Part shown: piece by piece, positions 16,367 to 32,000 of the stretch
Position numbering within the stretch: position 1 is the stretch's first letter
Layout of the letters: every line of letters begins with the position of its first letter
DNA from: Prochlorococcus sp. MIT 0801
GTDB lineage: Bacteria; Cyanobacteriota; Cyanobacteriia; PCC-6307; Cyanobiaceae
Direction: 5' to 3'
Assembly: GCF_000757865.1 (NCBI RefSeq)
Contig: NZ_CP007754.1
Location: 1,560,001 to 1,592,000, forward strand
Length of the DNA: 32,000 bases
Notes under the pieces: generated by a model
Databases searched by the model: none
The model's input: the letters and a program-made list of their open reading frames with translations, nothing else
Told to the model about the DNA's origin: nothing
Translations under genes and position numbers: made by a program

Positions 16367-18118
16367 TTATTGAGTTATTAGTCTTGTTTTCTTGATTAAA
16401 AACGCACAACTCACAGCAATGGAGAGTGCAATCCAAGCGCTCCTCTCTTGGTGTAACAAGAAAGCTCCGATACTTACTAAGCCACCATAGAGAATTCCTG
16501 AGCCTAATAAAAAGCGAGATCCAAGCATTGAAAAAGAGTCAACTGGATCAATATTCAAAGTTTTCCTTATTTTTTTCCAACCAGGGCCTGGGGGTTTTAC
16601 TTGTTTAACAAATTCATTTAGTGTCTCTTCTGACTCTGGCTTAGTAAAAAGCAAAGTTAGCAGCCAAATTACAGCTGAAAATGAAGTAGTAAATAAGAGT
16701 CTTTTTCCAAAATCTTCAATTATGAAATAAGGCGAAACTGAGGTAATTAATCCTATAAAAAAACCGCTCAACATTGCCGAAAGTTCCGCTAGAGCATTAA
16801 CCCTCCACCAAAACCAACGAAGGACCAGAACAGCACCTGGACCTGTACCTATTGCAATAACAAGTCTAAACATTGAACCAATACTGTTACTAAATAAAGC
16901 CGTGAGGACTCCAATTAGAAGCAACAAAATACTTGCAATCTGGCCCATAAAAATCATTTCTCTAGGCCCAGCAGATGGCCTAACAAATCTTTTATACAGA
17001 TCATGAGTAAGATAACTTGCCCCCCAATTGATTGAAGTACTTACGGTACTCATAAACGCAGCGACCAATGAAACCACTACTAATCCAAGTCCCACAGGTG
17101 GCAAATATTTGACAGCGAGGTTTGGATAACTTAATTCCCAGTCAGTTTGTTGAGGCAAGAGGACTAAACCAGCAAACCCAACTAAAATCCAAAGCCAACT
17201 GCGAATAAGATAATTAACAATTAAAAAAACTATTCCTGCCAAAGTTGCTTGTTTTTCATCTTTTGTGGCCAATAAACGTTGAATAAATTCCCCACCACCA
17301 TCACTACGTCTAAAACTCCACCACTGCAAAGAAATAAAAGCGAAAAAAGTAGTAATACTTATTCCTGAGCTATCCAACCAATTGAAACCATTTTTATTGA
17401 ATGTCCATGGAAATAAAGAAAGCAGCTCGGGTCGATCTAATGCCTCTAACTTTGTCAACAAATCCGTCATGCCACCTGAAGCATCAAGTGCGACAAAGCA
17501 AACAGCAAATGCACCTAAAATAGCGAATACTAGTTGTACAAAATCATTAACAACTACTGCCCAAAGCCCGCCTAGTACAGTATAAACAAGCAAAAATAAA
17601 GCAACTAAAGTCATTAAAAGCATCGTGTCAGTAAAGGGTCCAAATACAAGATGTCCATCTACTGCACCTAATGATTCAGCCACTTTACGCATTGCCAAGA
17701 AAGCATAACCAATCCCAATACAATTGATTGGAACTGAGAGTAAAAAAGCTTTTATACCTCTTAAGTAAGCTGCTGCACGCCCCCCATAACGTAATTCAGT
17801 AAAGGCTGCATCAGTCAATACTCCACTACGTCTCCACATTGGCGCGAATATAATTGTCATAGCAACATGTGCAAGGCCAAAACTCCACCACTCCCAGTTT
17901 CCCGCCAAGCCTCTAGTCCCAATAATACCGGCCACATAAAGAGGTGTGTCAATAGAAAACGTTGTTGCAGCCATAGACATACCTGCCAGCAATCCATTCA
18001 GACGACGACCAGCAACAAAATAGTCTGCTTCATTATGATTTTTCAGAGAGATATAAATTCCTAATATCAAGGAAAAGATCAAATAAACAAATAGAATAAA
18101 CCAATCAATGAATGTCAT
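16367..18118 (-). CDS. Sodium:solute symporter family (SSF) transporter
   Basis: 583 aa, about 13 hydrophobic segments, SSF-like N-terminal region (YFVAGRRLNGLLAGMSMAATTFS). Substrate not inferable. Confidence 0.85.
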   Translation of the reverse strand: MTFIDWFILFVYLIFSLILGIYISLKNHNEADYFVAGRRLNGLLAGMSMAATTFSIDTPLYVAGIIGTRGLAGNWEWWSFGLAHVAMTIIFAPMWRRSGVLTDAAFTELRYGGRAAAYLRGIKAFLLSVPINCIGIGYAFLAMRKVAESLGAVDGHLVFGPFTDTMLLMTLVALFLLVYTVLGGLWAVVVNDFVQLVFAILGAFAVCFVALDASGGMTDLLTKLEALDRPELLSLFPWTFNKNGFNWLDSSGISITTFFAFISLQWWSFRRSDGGGEFIQRLLATKDEKQATLAGIVFLIVNYLIRSWLWILVGFAGLVLLPQQTDWELSYPNLAVKYLPPVGLGLVVVSLVAAFMSTVSTSINWGASYLTHDLYKRFVRPSAGPREMIFMGQIASILLLLIGVLTALFSNSIGSMFRLVIAIGTGPGAVLVLRWFWWRVNALAELSAMLSGFFIGLITSVSPYFIIEDFGKRLLFTTSFSAVIWLLTLLFTKPESEETLNEFVKQVKPPGPGWKKIRKTLNIDPVDSFSMLGSRFLLGSGILYGGLVSIGAFLLHQERSAWIALSIAVSCAFLIKKTRLITQ

Positions 18119-18148
18119 AAGATCCCAAAAGAAATATGTATTTCATGC

Positions 18149-19434
<1,286 letters not shown>

Positions 19435-19442
19435 AAATTCAT

Positions 19443-23564
<4,122 letters not shown>

Positions 23565-23596
23565 CTATTCAAAAAAAAGTGGATTTGTTCTAAGGT

Positions 23597-25504
23597 TTAT
23601 GAGGTGGCTGCTACAGCATCAATAATTGTATGGTTCATTACGACTCGGCCAACTGTAGTCAATATATAACGGCTAATTAAACTTCCATCTTCATCTAATC
23701 GGTCGCGTCGATATGTCCATTCCTCAATACGAGTCCCATCTTTCAAAGTCTCTGACTTTCGAGGTTTCTGAAGCTCTTCGTCGTCCTCAATCTCACCAGG
23801 GAATCGAACCCAAACCCAATCATGTAAATCTATTCTTTTATCTTCAAGAGCTTGTAAAACATCTTCAAGTGAGGCAAAGGTATTTGAATAATCTCCGAAC
23901 TTCGGCTGATTTGCTTGAGGCTGAATTGCAGTTAGGTAGTAAGACCCCAAGACCATATCTTGGGATGGGGTAACTATTGGATCCCCAGTTGCAGGGGAAA
24001 GAATATTATTACTAGCTAGCATTAACATCCTTGCCTCTGTTTGCGCCTCAATTGCTAAAGGCACATGAACAGCCATTTGATCTCCATCAAAATCAGCATT
24101 AAAAGCTGGGCATACTAATGGATGTAGTTGTATAGCTCGTCCAGCAACTAATTTAGGCTCAAAAGCTTGGATACCTAATCGGTGCAAAGTAGGAGCACGA
24201 TTGAGCAGGATAGGATGACCATCTATGACTTCCTGTAATACCTGCATTACTTCATCATCTGCTTTCTGTATTAATTTTTTTGCAGCTTTGATGTTATTGA
24301 CAATATTCTGGCGAATCAATCGATGAATTACAAAAGGCTGAAAAAGCTCTATCGCCATTTCCTTTGGCAATCCACATTGATGCATTTTCAACTTGGGGCC
24401 AACTACTATTACCGAGCGACCTGAATAATCAACTCTTTTCCCAAGCAAATTCTGCCTAAATCTACCTTGCTTACCCTCGATAATATCGCTTAACGATTTC
24501 AAGGGTCGATTATTTGCGCCAACAACAGTTCTTCCCCTTCTACCATTATCAATAAGCGCATCTACAGCCTCTTGAAGCATCCTTTTTTCATTTCTGACTA
24601 TTATTTCTGGAGCTAGTATTTCCTGAAGACGAGCTAGACGGTTGTTCCTGTTGATTACTCTTCTGTATAAGTCATTTAAATCTGAGGTAGCGAATCTACC
24701 CCCATCTAATTGCACCATAGGCCTCAAATCAGGCGGTATTACAGGTATCGCATCTAACACCATCCATTCTGGGCTTGCACTTGTAGCAATAAAGTTATCT
24801 ATTACTCTTAGTCTTTTTATAAGCTTAGCCCTTTTTTGACCTTTGCTCGTAGCAATTTCTTCTCGTAATTGCTCAGCAACTTCTTTTAAATTTAAATCTT
24901 CAAGTAATTGCTTTAAGGCCTCTGCACCTATGCCAACTATCGGTTCATTCTGAATAGTTGAATCTTCAGCATAAATTTCGTCTTCAATCTCAAGCCATTC
25001 ATCTTCTGTAAGTAGCTGCTTATATTTTAGATCTTTACTATCTCCAATATCTAACACGACATAACAATTAAAGTAAACAATTTGCTCAACATCTCTGAGA
25101 GGCATATCTAACAAAATAGCTACATAGCTAGGAATGCCTTTTAAATACCAAACATGTGATACTGGAGCCGCTAATTTAATAAATCCCATTCTATGTCTCC
25201 TTACCCGACTTTCTGTTACTTCAACACCGCACCTCTCACAAACAATTCCACGATGTCTAACCCTCTTATATTTCCCACAATGACATTCCCAGTCCTTTGA
25301 CGGACCAAAAATCTTTTCACAAAACAATCCATCCATTTCAGGCTTAAGTGTTCGATAATTTATTGTTTCTGGCTTAGTTACTTCCCCTACGACCTGACCA
25401 TTAGGCAAAGTTCTTTGTCCCCACTCCATTACTCTTTCAGGCGAGGCTAATTTTATTTTTACATAATCAAAATGATTTTCCGTACGTAGATTGCTATTAG
25501 TCAT
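23597..25504 (-). CDS. rpoC1: DNA-directed RNA polymerase subunit gamma (N-terminal part of split beta-prime)
   Basis: Zn-binding CHCGKYK ... CERCGVEV and catalytic [12 protein letters not shown]. 635 aa; ends where cyanobacterial beta-prime is split. Confidence 0.97.
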   Translation of the reverse strand: MTNSNLRTENHFDYVKIKLASPERVMEWGQRTLPNGQVVGEVTKPETINYRTLKPEMDGLFCEKIFGPSKDWECHCGKYKRVRHRGIVCERCGVEVTESRVRRHRMGFIKLAAPVSHVWYLKGIPSYVAILLDMPLRDVEQIVYFNCYVVLDIGDSKDLKYKQLLTEDEWLEIEDEIYAEDSTIQNEPIVGIGAEALKQLLEDLNLKEVAEQLREEIATSKGQKRAKLIKRLRVIDNFIATSASPEWMVLDAIPVIPPDLRPMVQLDGGRFATSDLNDLYRRVINRNNRLARLQEILAPEIIVRNEKRMLQEAVDALIDNGRRGRTVVGANNRPLKSLSDIIEGKQGRFRQNLLGKRVDYSGRSVIVVGPKLKMHQCGLPKEMAIELFQPFVIHRLIRQNIVNNIKAAKKLIQKADDEVMQVLQEVIDGHPILLNRAPTLHRLGIQAFEPKLVAGRAIQLHPLVCPAFNADFDGDQMAVHVPLAIEAQTEARMLMLASNNILSPATGDPIVTPSQDMVLGSYYLTAIQPQANQPKFGDYSNTFASLEDVLQALEDKRIDLHDWVWVRFPGEIEDDEELQKPRKSETLKDGTRIEEWTYRRDRLDEDGSLISRYILTTVGRVVMNHTIIDAVAATS

Positions 25505-25546
25505 GAGAGATTGGTGTGTTTGAATGATTTGTTTAGGTTGAGTCGA

Positions 25547-28500
25547 TTACTCCTCATATTCTTTCCCTAATGATTCATAAGTAGGTCTACTTGGCGTGCT
25601 TCTACGAGGATTGACATCTTGCATTAGATCAACTTCTTTTCCATCATCTGTATAAACTCCAATATCTAATCCCAAGGACTGAAGTTCTCTCATTAAAACT
25701 TTGAAAGACTCTGGAGTCCCAGGCCTTGGAATTGGCTTGCCTTTAACAATCGAATTGAGAGCCTCATTCCGACCTTGCATGTCATCAGATTTTACAGTTA
25801 ACAGTTCTTGCAAAGTATATGCTGCCCCATAAGCTTCAAGTGCCCACACCTCCATTTCCCCAAGCCTCTGTCCACCTTGTTGAGCCTTTCCACCAAGAGG
25901 TTGTTGAGTAACTAAAGAATATGGACCTGTAGATCGAGCATGAATTTTATCATCGACTAGGTGCACAAGTTTTAGGAAGTGAGCGTAGCCAACGGCAACT
26001 GGTTGATCAAAAGGCTCACCGGTTCGACCATCCTTAAGGAGTAATTTGCCAGGGTCCTTAGGGTTATATACCCATGATTTGCCTGGCTGCTTTGCAGCCT
26101 CTTTTAAATAGGCTTGTACAGTCTGATTAGACATTTCTGGTCCATACATCTCATCAAATGGGACAATTTTAACTCTGCAATCCAAGTTCGAGGCAGCCCA
26201 ACCCATAAGGAGCTCAAAGACTTGACCAACATTCATTCTGCTTGGGACGCCAAGAGGATTGAGGCATATGTCTACAGGTGTGCCATCAGGAAGATAAGGC
26301 ATATCTTCTCTTGGCAGTATTCTGCTTATAATGCCCTTGTTGCCATGCCTGCCTGCCATTTTATCGCCAACTTGGATTTTTCTGCGTTGCGCCACATAGA
26401 CTCTTACAACCATATTTGCGCCAGGTGGCAGCTCATCACCTTGCTCTCTTGTATAAATTCTCACATCAACTACTCGTCCTCTTTCAGTTGAGGGAACTCG
26501 TAGAGAGTTATCTCTTACATCTCTAGCTTTTTCTCCAAAAATAGCTCTTAAAAGTTTTTCCTCAGGCGGCTGATCTGATTCTCCTTTAGGGGTTACTTTT
26601 CCAACAAGTATGTCACCACTCTCAACGAAAGCCCCTATTCGTATTATTCCCATTTCATCCAAATTCCCAAGACTTTCTTCTGAGACATTTGGGATTTCTC
26701 TTGTTATTTCTTCTGGACCTAGCTTGGTTTGACGAGCTTCTATTTCGTATTTTTCTATATGGACAGAAGTATATAGATCATCTTTAACTAACCTTTCACT
26801 AACAAGAATTGCATCTTCATAGTTGTAACCTTCCCATGGCATGTATGCAATTAATACATTTTGACCAAGAGCTATTTCCCCTCCCTCACATGCCGAACCA
26901 TCAGCCAAAACTTGCCCCACAATCACTGGGTCACCATTAAAAACTATAGGCCTATGGTTTAAACAAGTATCTTGATTAGATCTCTGATATTTTTGCAAGT
27001 AATGAGTGTGATCATTTCCTTCGTCATCAGTAACGACAATTGCATTCGCGTCAACATAAGTCACAGATCCATTTACTTTTGAAATTGGAACCATTCCAGA
27101 GTCTCTAGCAACTTGAGTCTCTAAACCAGTCCCAACCAAAGGCCTTTCTGGACGCAAAAGAGGAACTGCTTGTCTTTGCATATTTGAACCCATTAAAGCT
27201 CTATTAGCATCATCGTGTTCCAAAAATGGTATTAAGGATGCCGCTACAGAAATAACCTGTACAGGAGATAATTGGACATAATCAACTTGTTCAGGAGAAA
27301 CCGTTTCAAAATCTTGTCGGTACCTAACTGGAACAAGTTCTGCCATTATTTTTCCATCTTCGTTTGTAGCCACATCACCTGGAGCAACCCTACATTCATC
27401 TTCTAAATCTGCAGAAAGATAAATAGGGTCACCTTCCTTGATTAATCGACCATTTTCTACCTTCCAAAATGGTGTCTCAATAAAACCGTATTCATTTACT
27501 CGTGCGTGAGTTGCTAACGAATTAATCAAACCTGCATTTGGTCCTTCAGGTGTTTCAATCGGGCAAAGTCTTCCGTAGTGAGATGGATGAATATCCCGAA
27601 CGGCAAAGCCAGCTCTTTCACGAGTTAAACCTCCTGGCCCCAGAGCAGAGATACGTCTTTTATGCGTTAATTCAGCTAATGGATTGGTTTGATCCATAAA
27701 TTGGCTTAATTGACTTGAACCAAAAAATTCTTTTATTGCTGCCACTAAAGGTTTTGGATTTACCAATTGCGCAGGTGTTAGTGAATCTGTTTCCCCAACG
27801 GTCATCCTCTCTTTAATTATCCTTTCAAGTCTATTCAAACCAACTCGAACTTGATTTTGTAGAAGTTCACCGACTGACCTAACTCTTCTATTACCCAAAT
27901 GATCAATATCATCTAAAGTTGCTCCACCAACATCTAATTCTAAATTGATTAAATAATCTAAAGTAGAAAGAACATCTTCGTTTGTAAGTGTTCTTATATT
28001 GTCAGGAATAGTTAAGCGTAATTTCTTATTTATTTTATATCTACCAACTCTTCCTAAATCATATCTTTTTGGATCAAAAAATCTTGTCTGAAGTAGCTGT
28101 TGACCACCACTTACAGAAGGTGGCTCGCCTGGCCTTAACTTTTTATAAAGCTCTAGCAATGCTTGGTCTTCTGAACTTATACCTTCCTCATTTGCTGCAT
28201 CTATTGACTTTTTATAAAATTCAGGATGTCTTAATTTATCTATGACATCATTATCTGATAAACCCATTGCCCTCATTAAGACATGAGCATTGATTTTTCG
28301 TGTTTTATCTACGCGAACATGCAGCAAATCGTTTTTATCTGTTTCAAACTTTAACCATGCTCCACGATTAGGAATAACGCTTGCATTGTAAGTTCTTCTA
28401 CCATTTTTATCTTGCTCATCTTTGAAATAAACTCCTGGACTTCGAACTATTTGATTAACTATTACTCTTTCAGCGCCATTAATAATAAAAGTTCCACGTT

Positions 28501-28834
28501 CAGTCATTAAAGGTAATTCACCTATAAAAACTTCTTGTTCTTTAATCTCTCCGGTTTCTTTATTAACTAAACGACAGGTGACATACATTTGTGAAGCAAA
28601 TGTTGCATCTCTTCTTTTTGCTTCCTCTACATCATGTCTAGGACGCTTAAGCTTATATTCTGCCCCTATAAAATGCAACTCAAGTTTGCCTGTATAGTCC
28701 GTAATGGGAGAGAAATTGTCCAATTCTTCTATCAAGCCTTTATCCAAAAACCACTTAAAACTTGATCTTTGCACCTCAACCAGATCAGGCAGATATGTAG
28801 CTGCTTTGGCCACCTGAATCGCGCTTCTGCTCAT
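25547..28834 (-). CDS. rpoB: DNA-directed RNA polymerase subunit beta
   Basis: Conserved blocks [39 protein letters not shown] and [18 protein letters not shown]. 1095 aa. Confidence 0.97.
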   Translation of the reverse strand: MSRSAIQVAKAATYLPDLVEVQRSSFKWFLDKGLIEELDNFSPITDYTGKLELHFIGAEYKLKRPRHDVEEAKRRDATFASQMYVTCRLVNKETGEIKEQEVFIGELPLMTERGTFIINGAERVIVNQIVRSPGVYFKDEQDKNGRRTYNASVIPNRGAWLKFETDKNDLLHVRVDKTRKINAHVLMRAMGLSDNDVIDKLRHPEFYKKSIDAANEEGISSEDQALLELYKKLRPGEPPSVSGGQQLLQTRFFDPKRYDLGRVGRYKINKKLRLTIPDNIRTLTNEDVLSTLDYLINLELDVGGATLDDIDHLGNRRVRSVGELLQNQVRVGLNRLERIIKERMTVGETDSLTPAQLVNPKPLVAAIKEFFGSSQLSQFMDQTNPLAELTHKRRISALGPGGLTRERAGFAVRDIHPSHYGRLCPIETPEGPNAGLINSLATHARVNEYGFIETPFWKVENGRLIKEGDPIYLSADLEDECRVAPGDVATNEDGKIMAELVPVRYRQDFETVSPEQVDYVQLSPVQVISVAASLIPFLEHDDANRALMGSNMQRQAVPLLRPERPLVGTGLETQVARDSGMVPISKVNGSVTYVDANAIVVTDDEGNDHTHYLQKYQRSNQDTCLNHRPIVFNGDPVIVGQVLADGSACEGGEIALGQNVLIAYMPWEGYNYEDAILVSERLVKDDLYTSVHIEKYEIEARQTKLGPEEITREIPNVSEESLGNLDEMGIIRIGAFVESGDILVGKVTPKGESDQPPEEKLLRAIFGEKARDVRDNSLRVPSTERGRVVDVRIYTREQGDELPPGANMVVRVYVAQRRKIQVGDKMAGRHGNKGIISRILPREDMPYLPDGTPVDICLNPLGVPSRMNVGQVFELLMGWAASNLDCRVKIVPFDEMYGPEMSNQTVQAYLKEAAKQPGKSWVYNPKDPGKLLLKDGRTGEPFDQPVAVGYAHFLKLVHLVDDKIHARSTGPYSLVTQQPLGGKAQQGGQRLGEMEVWALEAYGAAYTLQELLTVKSDDMQGRNEALNSIVKGKPIPRPGTPESFKVLMRELQSLGLDIGVYTDDGKEVDLMQDVNPRRSTPSRPTYESLGKEYEE

Positions 28835-29087
28835 TCGAGAACCTGGGTTTATATGTAGAGGACGGGGTTTATGTCTTGTCCTTTAGGTCGAAAAATGATC
28901 TTTAGTAAGAAAAAAACAAAAAACAATCCACTGGAAGACCGAGTTTTGTAATTGAATTTACTTAATCAACGAACAACTGACTCAAAAGGTAGAACCTTAA
29001 AGGTTTAAGCGCAAATAACACGCCTAATCAAGACAATAGTTAATCTTACACTTAAATCAGTTATTAAACTACAGGAAACAATGATAT

Positions 29088-29879
29088 TTAAGGCAACGCA
29101 AACAATTCCCTTGCGTTTTGAGTGGTCTTTTCAGCAATTTCAGAAAAGCTTTCACCCCTAATCTCTGATATTTTATCTACCACATGCTTTACGAAAGACG
29201 GCTCATTCCTTTTTCCTCTATGAGGGACAGGTGACAAGAAAGGACTATCTGTTTCTACTAGAAATCTACTTTGCGGAACTTCTTTGGCGCATTCATGAAT
29301 ATCAAAAGCGTTTTTGAAAGTTACATTTCCACTGAAACTTATGTAAAAGCCAAGATCAAGGAACTCTCTCATCTCTTTAACATTGCCGCTCCAACAATGC
29401 ATTACACCTTTTGGACAGCGGTCAGCTTTAGAAAGCTTAGAAAAAACTTCTAACATTGCTTTTGAGGCATCTCTGCAATGAACAATGACTGGCAAATCTA
29501 ATTCAAAAGCTAAGTTTAATTGCGGCATTAAAACTGAAAGTTGCTCGCTCAAGTTCTCTGCCTTGAAAAGATCAAGTCCCAATTCTCCTATTGCAACAAC
29601 TCGACTGTCATCAAGAGCTGCTTTTTTTAAAACACTTGCGGTATCTGGTCCCCAATGATGTACATCTAAAGGATGTACTCCTACGGAATATCTCATTTCC
29701 TGAAATTGATCAGCCATTGATCTAATAGCAGGGATTTCAGAGGGCTCTACACAGGCGTGTAATAAGGCTTTAACTCCTTGTTTTCTCCATCTTTCGGCAA
29801 CTTTTTCTCTATCTTCATTGAAGTTAGAAAATACGATATGACAGTGGCTATCAATTATTGAACTTTTGGAATCGCTCAA
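29088..29879 (-). CDS. tatD: TatD-family metal-dependent hydrolase/DNase
   Basis: IDSHCHI N-terminal metal motif, GEIGLD-like IGELGLD, HCRDA, ETDSPFL. The start is TTG (29877-29879); no in-frame ATG is available. Confidence 0.85.
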   Translation of the reverse strand: MSDSKSSIIDSHCHIVFSNFNEDREKVAERWRKQGVKALLHACVEPSEIPAIRSMADQFQEMRYSVGVHPLDVHHWGPDTASVLKKAALDDSRVVAIGELGLDLFKAENLSEQLSVLMPQLNLAFELDLPVIVHCRDASKAMLEVFSKLSKADRCPKGVMHCWSGNVKEMREFLDLGFYISFSGNVTFKNAFDIHECAKEVPQSRFLVETDSPFLSPVPHRGKRNEPSFVKHVVDKISEIRGESFSEIAEKTTQNARELFALP

Positions 29880-29927
29880 GATGAAAAAAAAATGTTATTA
29901 CGATAATAAATCTTAGATTATTTATTC

Positions 29928-30230
<303 letters not shown>

Positions 30231-30341
30231 TTAATGTTTTAGTCTTATGTTAATCCACACTACCTCAAGACCATGAAGAAGATCTACATAAATCAAAATT
30301 ACGGCATAAGATAATCAAATTGAACCAATAGCCAAAAGTTC

Positions 30342-31691
30342 ATGACACAAATAATTAATAAAGATGAGATTCAAGAGACCCCTTCAAAAAGATTGACTAT
30401 AAAAACGGCTAATAATATTGATCAGGCTCAGCTTGAGCTCAAGATAATTACTGATAGAACATCTGGCAAAGTTCAAGATAAAGCAATAAAAGTAGTTGAC
30501 GATATTCTTAAAAACATTAGTGAAAGAGGGGATGAAGCTCTTAAAGAATACACCTCTCGCTTTGATGGATTTCTAGCTGAAAAATTTCAAGTTCCATCAA
30601 AATTAATACTGAAAGCTTGGGAAGAGACTCCCAAGGATTTACAAGATTCACTTTTATTGGCAAAAAAAAGAATTGAAAAATTTCATAGTCTTCAATTACC
30701 AAGAAATATCAGTTATACTGGTCCCCATGGTGAATCATTAGGACGGAGATGGAGTCCTGTTGAAAAAGCGGGAATATATATTCCTGGCGGAAGGGCCGCC
30801 TATCCAAGCACTGTTTTAATGAATGCGATTCCTGCTTTTGTTGCAGGAGTAAATCAAATCATCATGGTCTCGCCAGCTAACTCAAAAGGGGACTTAAACC
30901 AAACCGTTCTAGCTGCGGCTCATATTACTGGAATAAACAAAGTTTTTCGTATTGGAGGCGCTCAGGCCATTGGAGCGCTTGCTAGTGGGACTCAATCAAT
31001 TCCAAAAGTAGATGTAATTACTGGACCAGGTAATATTTATGTAACTTTGGCAAAGAAAAAAGTTTATGGAAAGGTAGGAATTGATTCACTGGCTGGTCCA
31101 AGTGAGATCCTAATAATCGCTGACCAATCAGCCAAATTGGAACATGTTGCTTCTGATATGTTAGCTCAATCTGAACATGACCCTTTAGCTTCGGCAATAC
31201 TAATCACTACTAATAAAGAATTAGCAGAAAAATTACCTTCAGAAATTGAACGCCAATTAATTAATCATCCAAGATTAAAAATATGCCAAGAATCAATCTC
31301 TAAGTGGGGTTTAATAGTCATTTGTGATAGTTTAGAGACTTGCGCAAAATTAAGCAATACATTTGCTCCAGAACATCTTGAATTACTTGTAGAGGACCCA
31401 AAAGAATTATCTAAAAGCATCAATAATGCTGGAGCAATATTCATGGGACCATGGAGCCCAGAAGCTATTGGAGATTATCTTGGGGGGCCAAATCACACTC
31501 TTCCTACCTCAGGGACTGCAAGGTTTGCTGGTGCTCTTGGAGTAGAAACTTTTATGAAAAATACTTCAATTATTGATTTTTCAAGAGAAGCTTTTAATGA
31601 AAATAAAAATGCAGTTGTGCATTTAGCTAATAGCGAGGGATTGCATAGTCACGCAGAATCGATACGAATTAGAGATTCTAAATCTTGTTAA
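30342..31691 (+). CDS. hisD: Histidinol dehydrogenase
   Basis: Conserved [48 protein letters not shown]. 449 aa. Confidence 0.93.
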   Translation: MTQIINKDEIQETPSKRLTIKTANNIDQAQLELKIITDRTSGKVQDKAIKVVDDILKNISERGDEALKEYTSRFDGFLAEKFQVPSKLILKAWEETPKDLQDSLLLAKKRIEKFHSLQLPRNISYTGPHGESLGRRWSPVEKAGIYIPGGRAAYPSTVLMNAIPAFVAGVNQIIMVSPANSKGDLNQTVLAAAHITGINKVFRIGGAQAIGALASGTQSIPKVDVITGPGNIYVTLAKKKVYGKVGIDSLAGPSEILIIADQSAKLEHVASDMLAQSEHDPLASAILITTNKELAEKLPSEIERQLINHPRLKICQESISKWGLIVICDSLETCAKLSNTFAPEHLELLVEDPKELSKSINNAGAIFMGPWSPEAIGDYLGGPNHTLPTSGTARFAGALGVETFMKNTSIIDFSREAFNENKNAVVHLANSEGLHSHAESIRIRDSKSC

Positions 31692-32000
31692 GTGATTCAA
31701 CACCCACTGCGTCATTTTCTACTTTCCCAACTAATACTTGATCTGTCAGGTTAACAAAAAGTCCATTTTCAAGAACACCTGGAATGTTGTTAATTTGACT
31801 CTCCAATAGTTCAGGTTGGTCAATACCATTACTAAAAGATAAATCAAGTATCAAGTTTCCCTGATCAGTAACTATAGGTCCAGCTTTCTTCTGGGCCATT
31901 CTTAGATACCCTTCTCCTCCAAGATCTTCTAATGTTTTTTGGACTTGTTTCCAAGCAGAAGGAAGAACCTCTACTGGCAATTTGAAATCAAGGTTTAATT
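31678..32000 (-). CDS. rpiA: Ribose-5-phosphate isomerase A, C-terminal part (continues beyond the window end)
   Basis: [10 protein letters not shown] ... [13 protein letters not shown] ... [10 protein letters not shown] are RpiA C-terminal motifs. The track's M at 31980 is really an internal TTG (Leu), and the frame stays open to position 32000. Confidence 0.8.
   Translation of the reverse strand, partial: LNLDFKLPVEVLPSAWKQVQKTLEDLGGEGYLRMAQKKAGPIVTDQGNLILDLSFSNGIDQPELLESQINNIPGVLENGLFVNLTDQVLVGKVENDAVGVESLNKI

Noticed and set aside
15893-18064. Plus-strand ORFs 15893-16081, 16426-16608, 17382-17585 and 17867-18064
   Set aside because: All are antisense within the HEAT-repeat gene or the symporter gene, and all are short with no motifs.
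23713-24839. Plus-strand ORFs 23713-23973 and 24642-24839 inside rpoC1
   Set aside because: They are antisense shadow frames of rpoC1.
26114-26491. 125-aa plus-strand ORF inside rpoB
   Set aside because: It is antisense to one of the most conserved parts of rpoB. The translation has no recognisable domain, and there is no flanking promoter-like context.
29074-29080. GGAAACA heptamer (the Yfr2-family loop motif) in the tatD-rpoB spacer; a similar GGAAACT lies at 2683-2689 after the hairpin
   Set aside because: A 7-mer is expected several times by chance in 64 kb of two-strand sequence. I could not build the flanking Yfr2-like stems around it.
29271-29453. 60-aa plus-strand ORF inside tatD
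   Set aside because: It is an antisense shadow frame.
29904-29926. AU-only imperfect palindrome (aataaatcttagattatttatt) downstream of rpsT as a terminator
   Set aside because: The stem is imperfect and entirely A/T, and it is not followed by a clear U-run on the minus strand. This is too weak to call.

Overview
AT-rich (roughly mid-30s %GC by eye, not computed) core-chromosome segment of a marine picocyanobacterium, very probably Prochlorococcus-like. The markers are a split beta-prime (rpoC1/rpoC2), an hli gene, ycf35, and a bioF-bioK-bioC-bioD-bioA operon. About 30 genes are packed with very short or overlapping junctions. In window order they are: glnB 3' end, tlyA-like methyltransferase, a small ATG-less ORF, purB, fumC, a Ski2/HelY-like helicase, the biotin operon, a membrane J-protein and rsmG. 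A 17-kb minus-strand block follows; in transcription order it is rpsT, tatD, rpoB, rpoC1, rpoC2, hli, rlmN, a Na+/solute symporter, a candidate 41-aa membrane peptide, a HEAT-repeat protein, a DUF2997-like ORF, ycf35, a Fed7-like ferredoxin and a long aldo/keto reductase. The window ends with hisD and the 3' part of rpiA. I see no rRNA, tRNA, CRISPR array, transposase, integrase, phage gene or recognisable defence gene, so there is no convincing novel accessory system here; this is ordinary housekeeping territory. Items worth a second look: (1) the translationally coupled HEAT/DUF2997/Ycf35/ferredoxin/AKR string of unknown function; (2) a 50-aa hli gene missed by the ORF track whose stop overlaps the non-ATG start of rlmN; (3) a 41-codon single-TM ORF with only a TTG start in a locally GC-richer intergenic gap; (4) a perfect 22-bp hairpin between purB and fumC whose A-tract/U-tract polarity fits a minus-strand transcript; (5) an unusually high share of genes that must use TTG/GTG starts. 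Family names are recognised from motifs in the translations; no searches were run.
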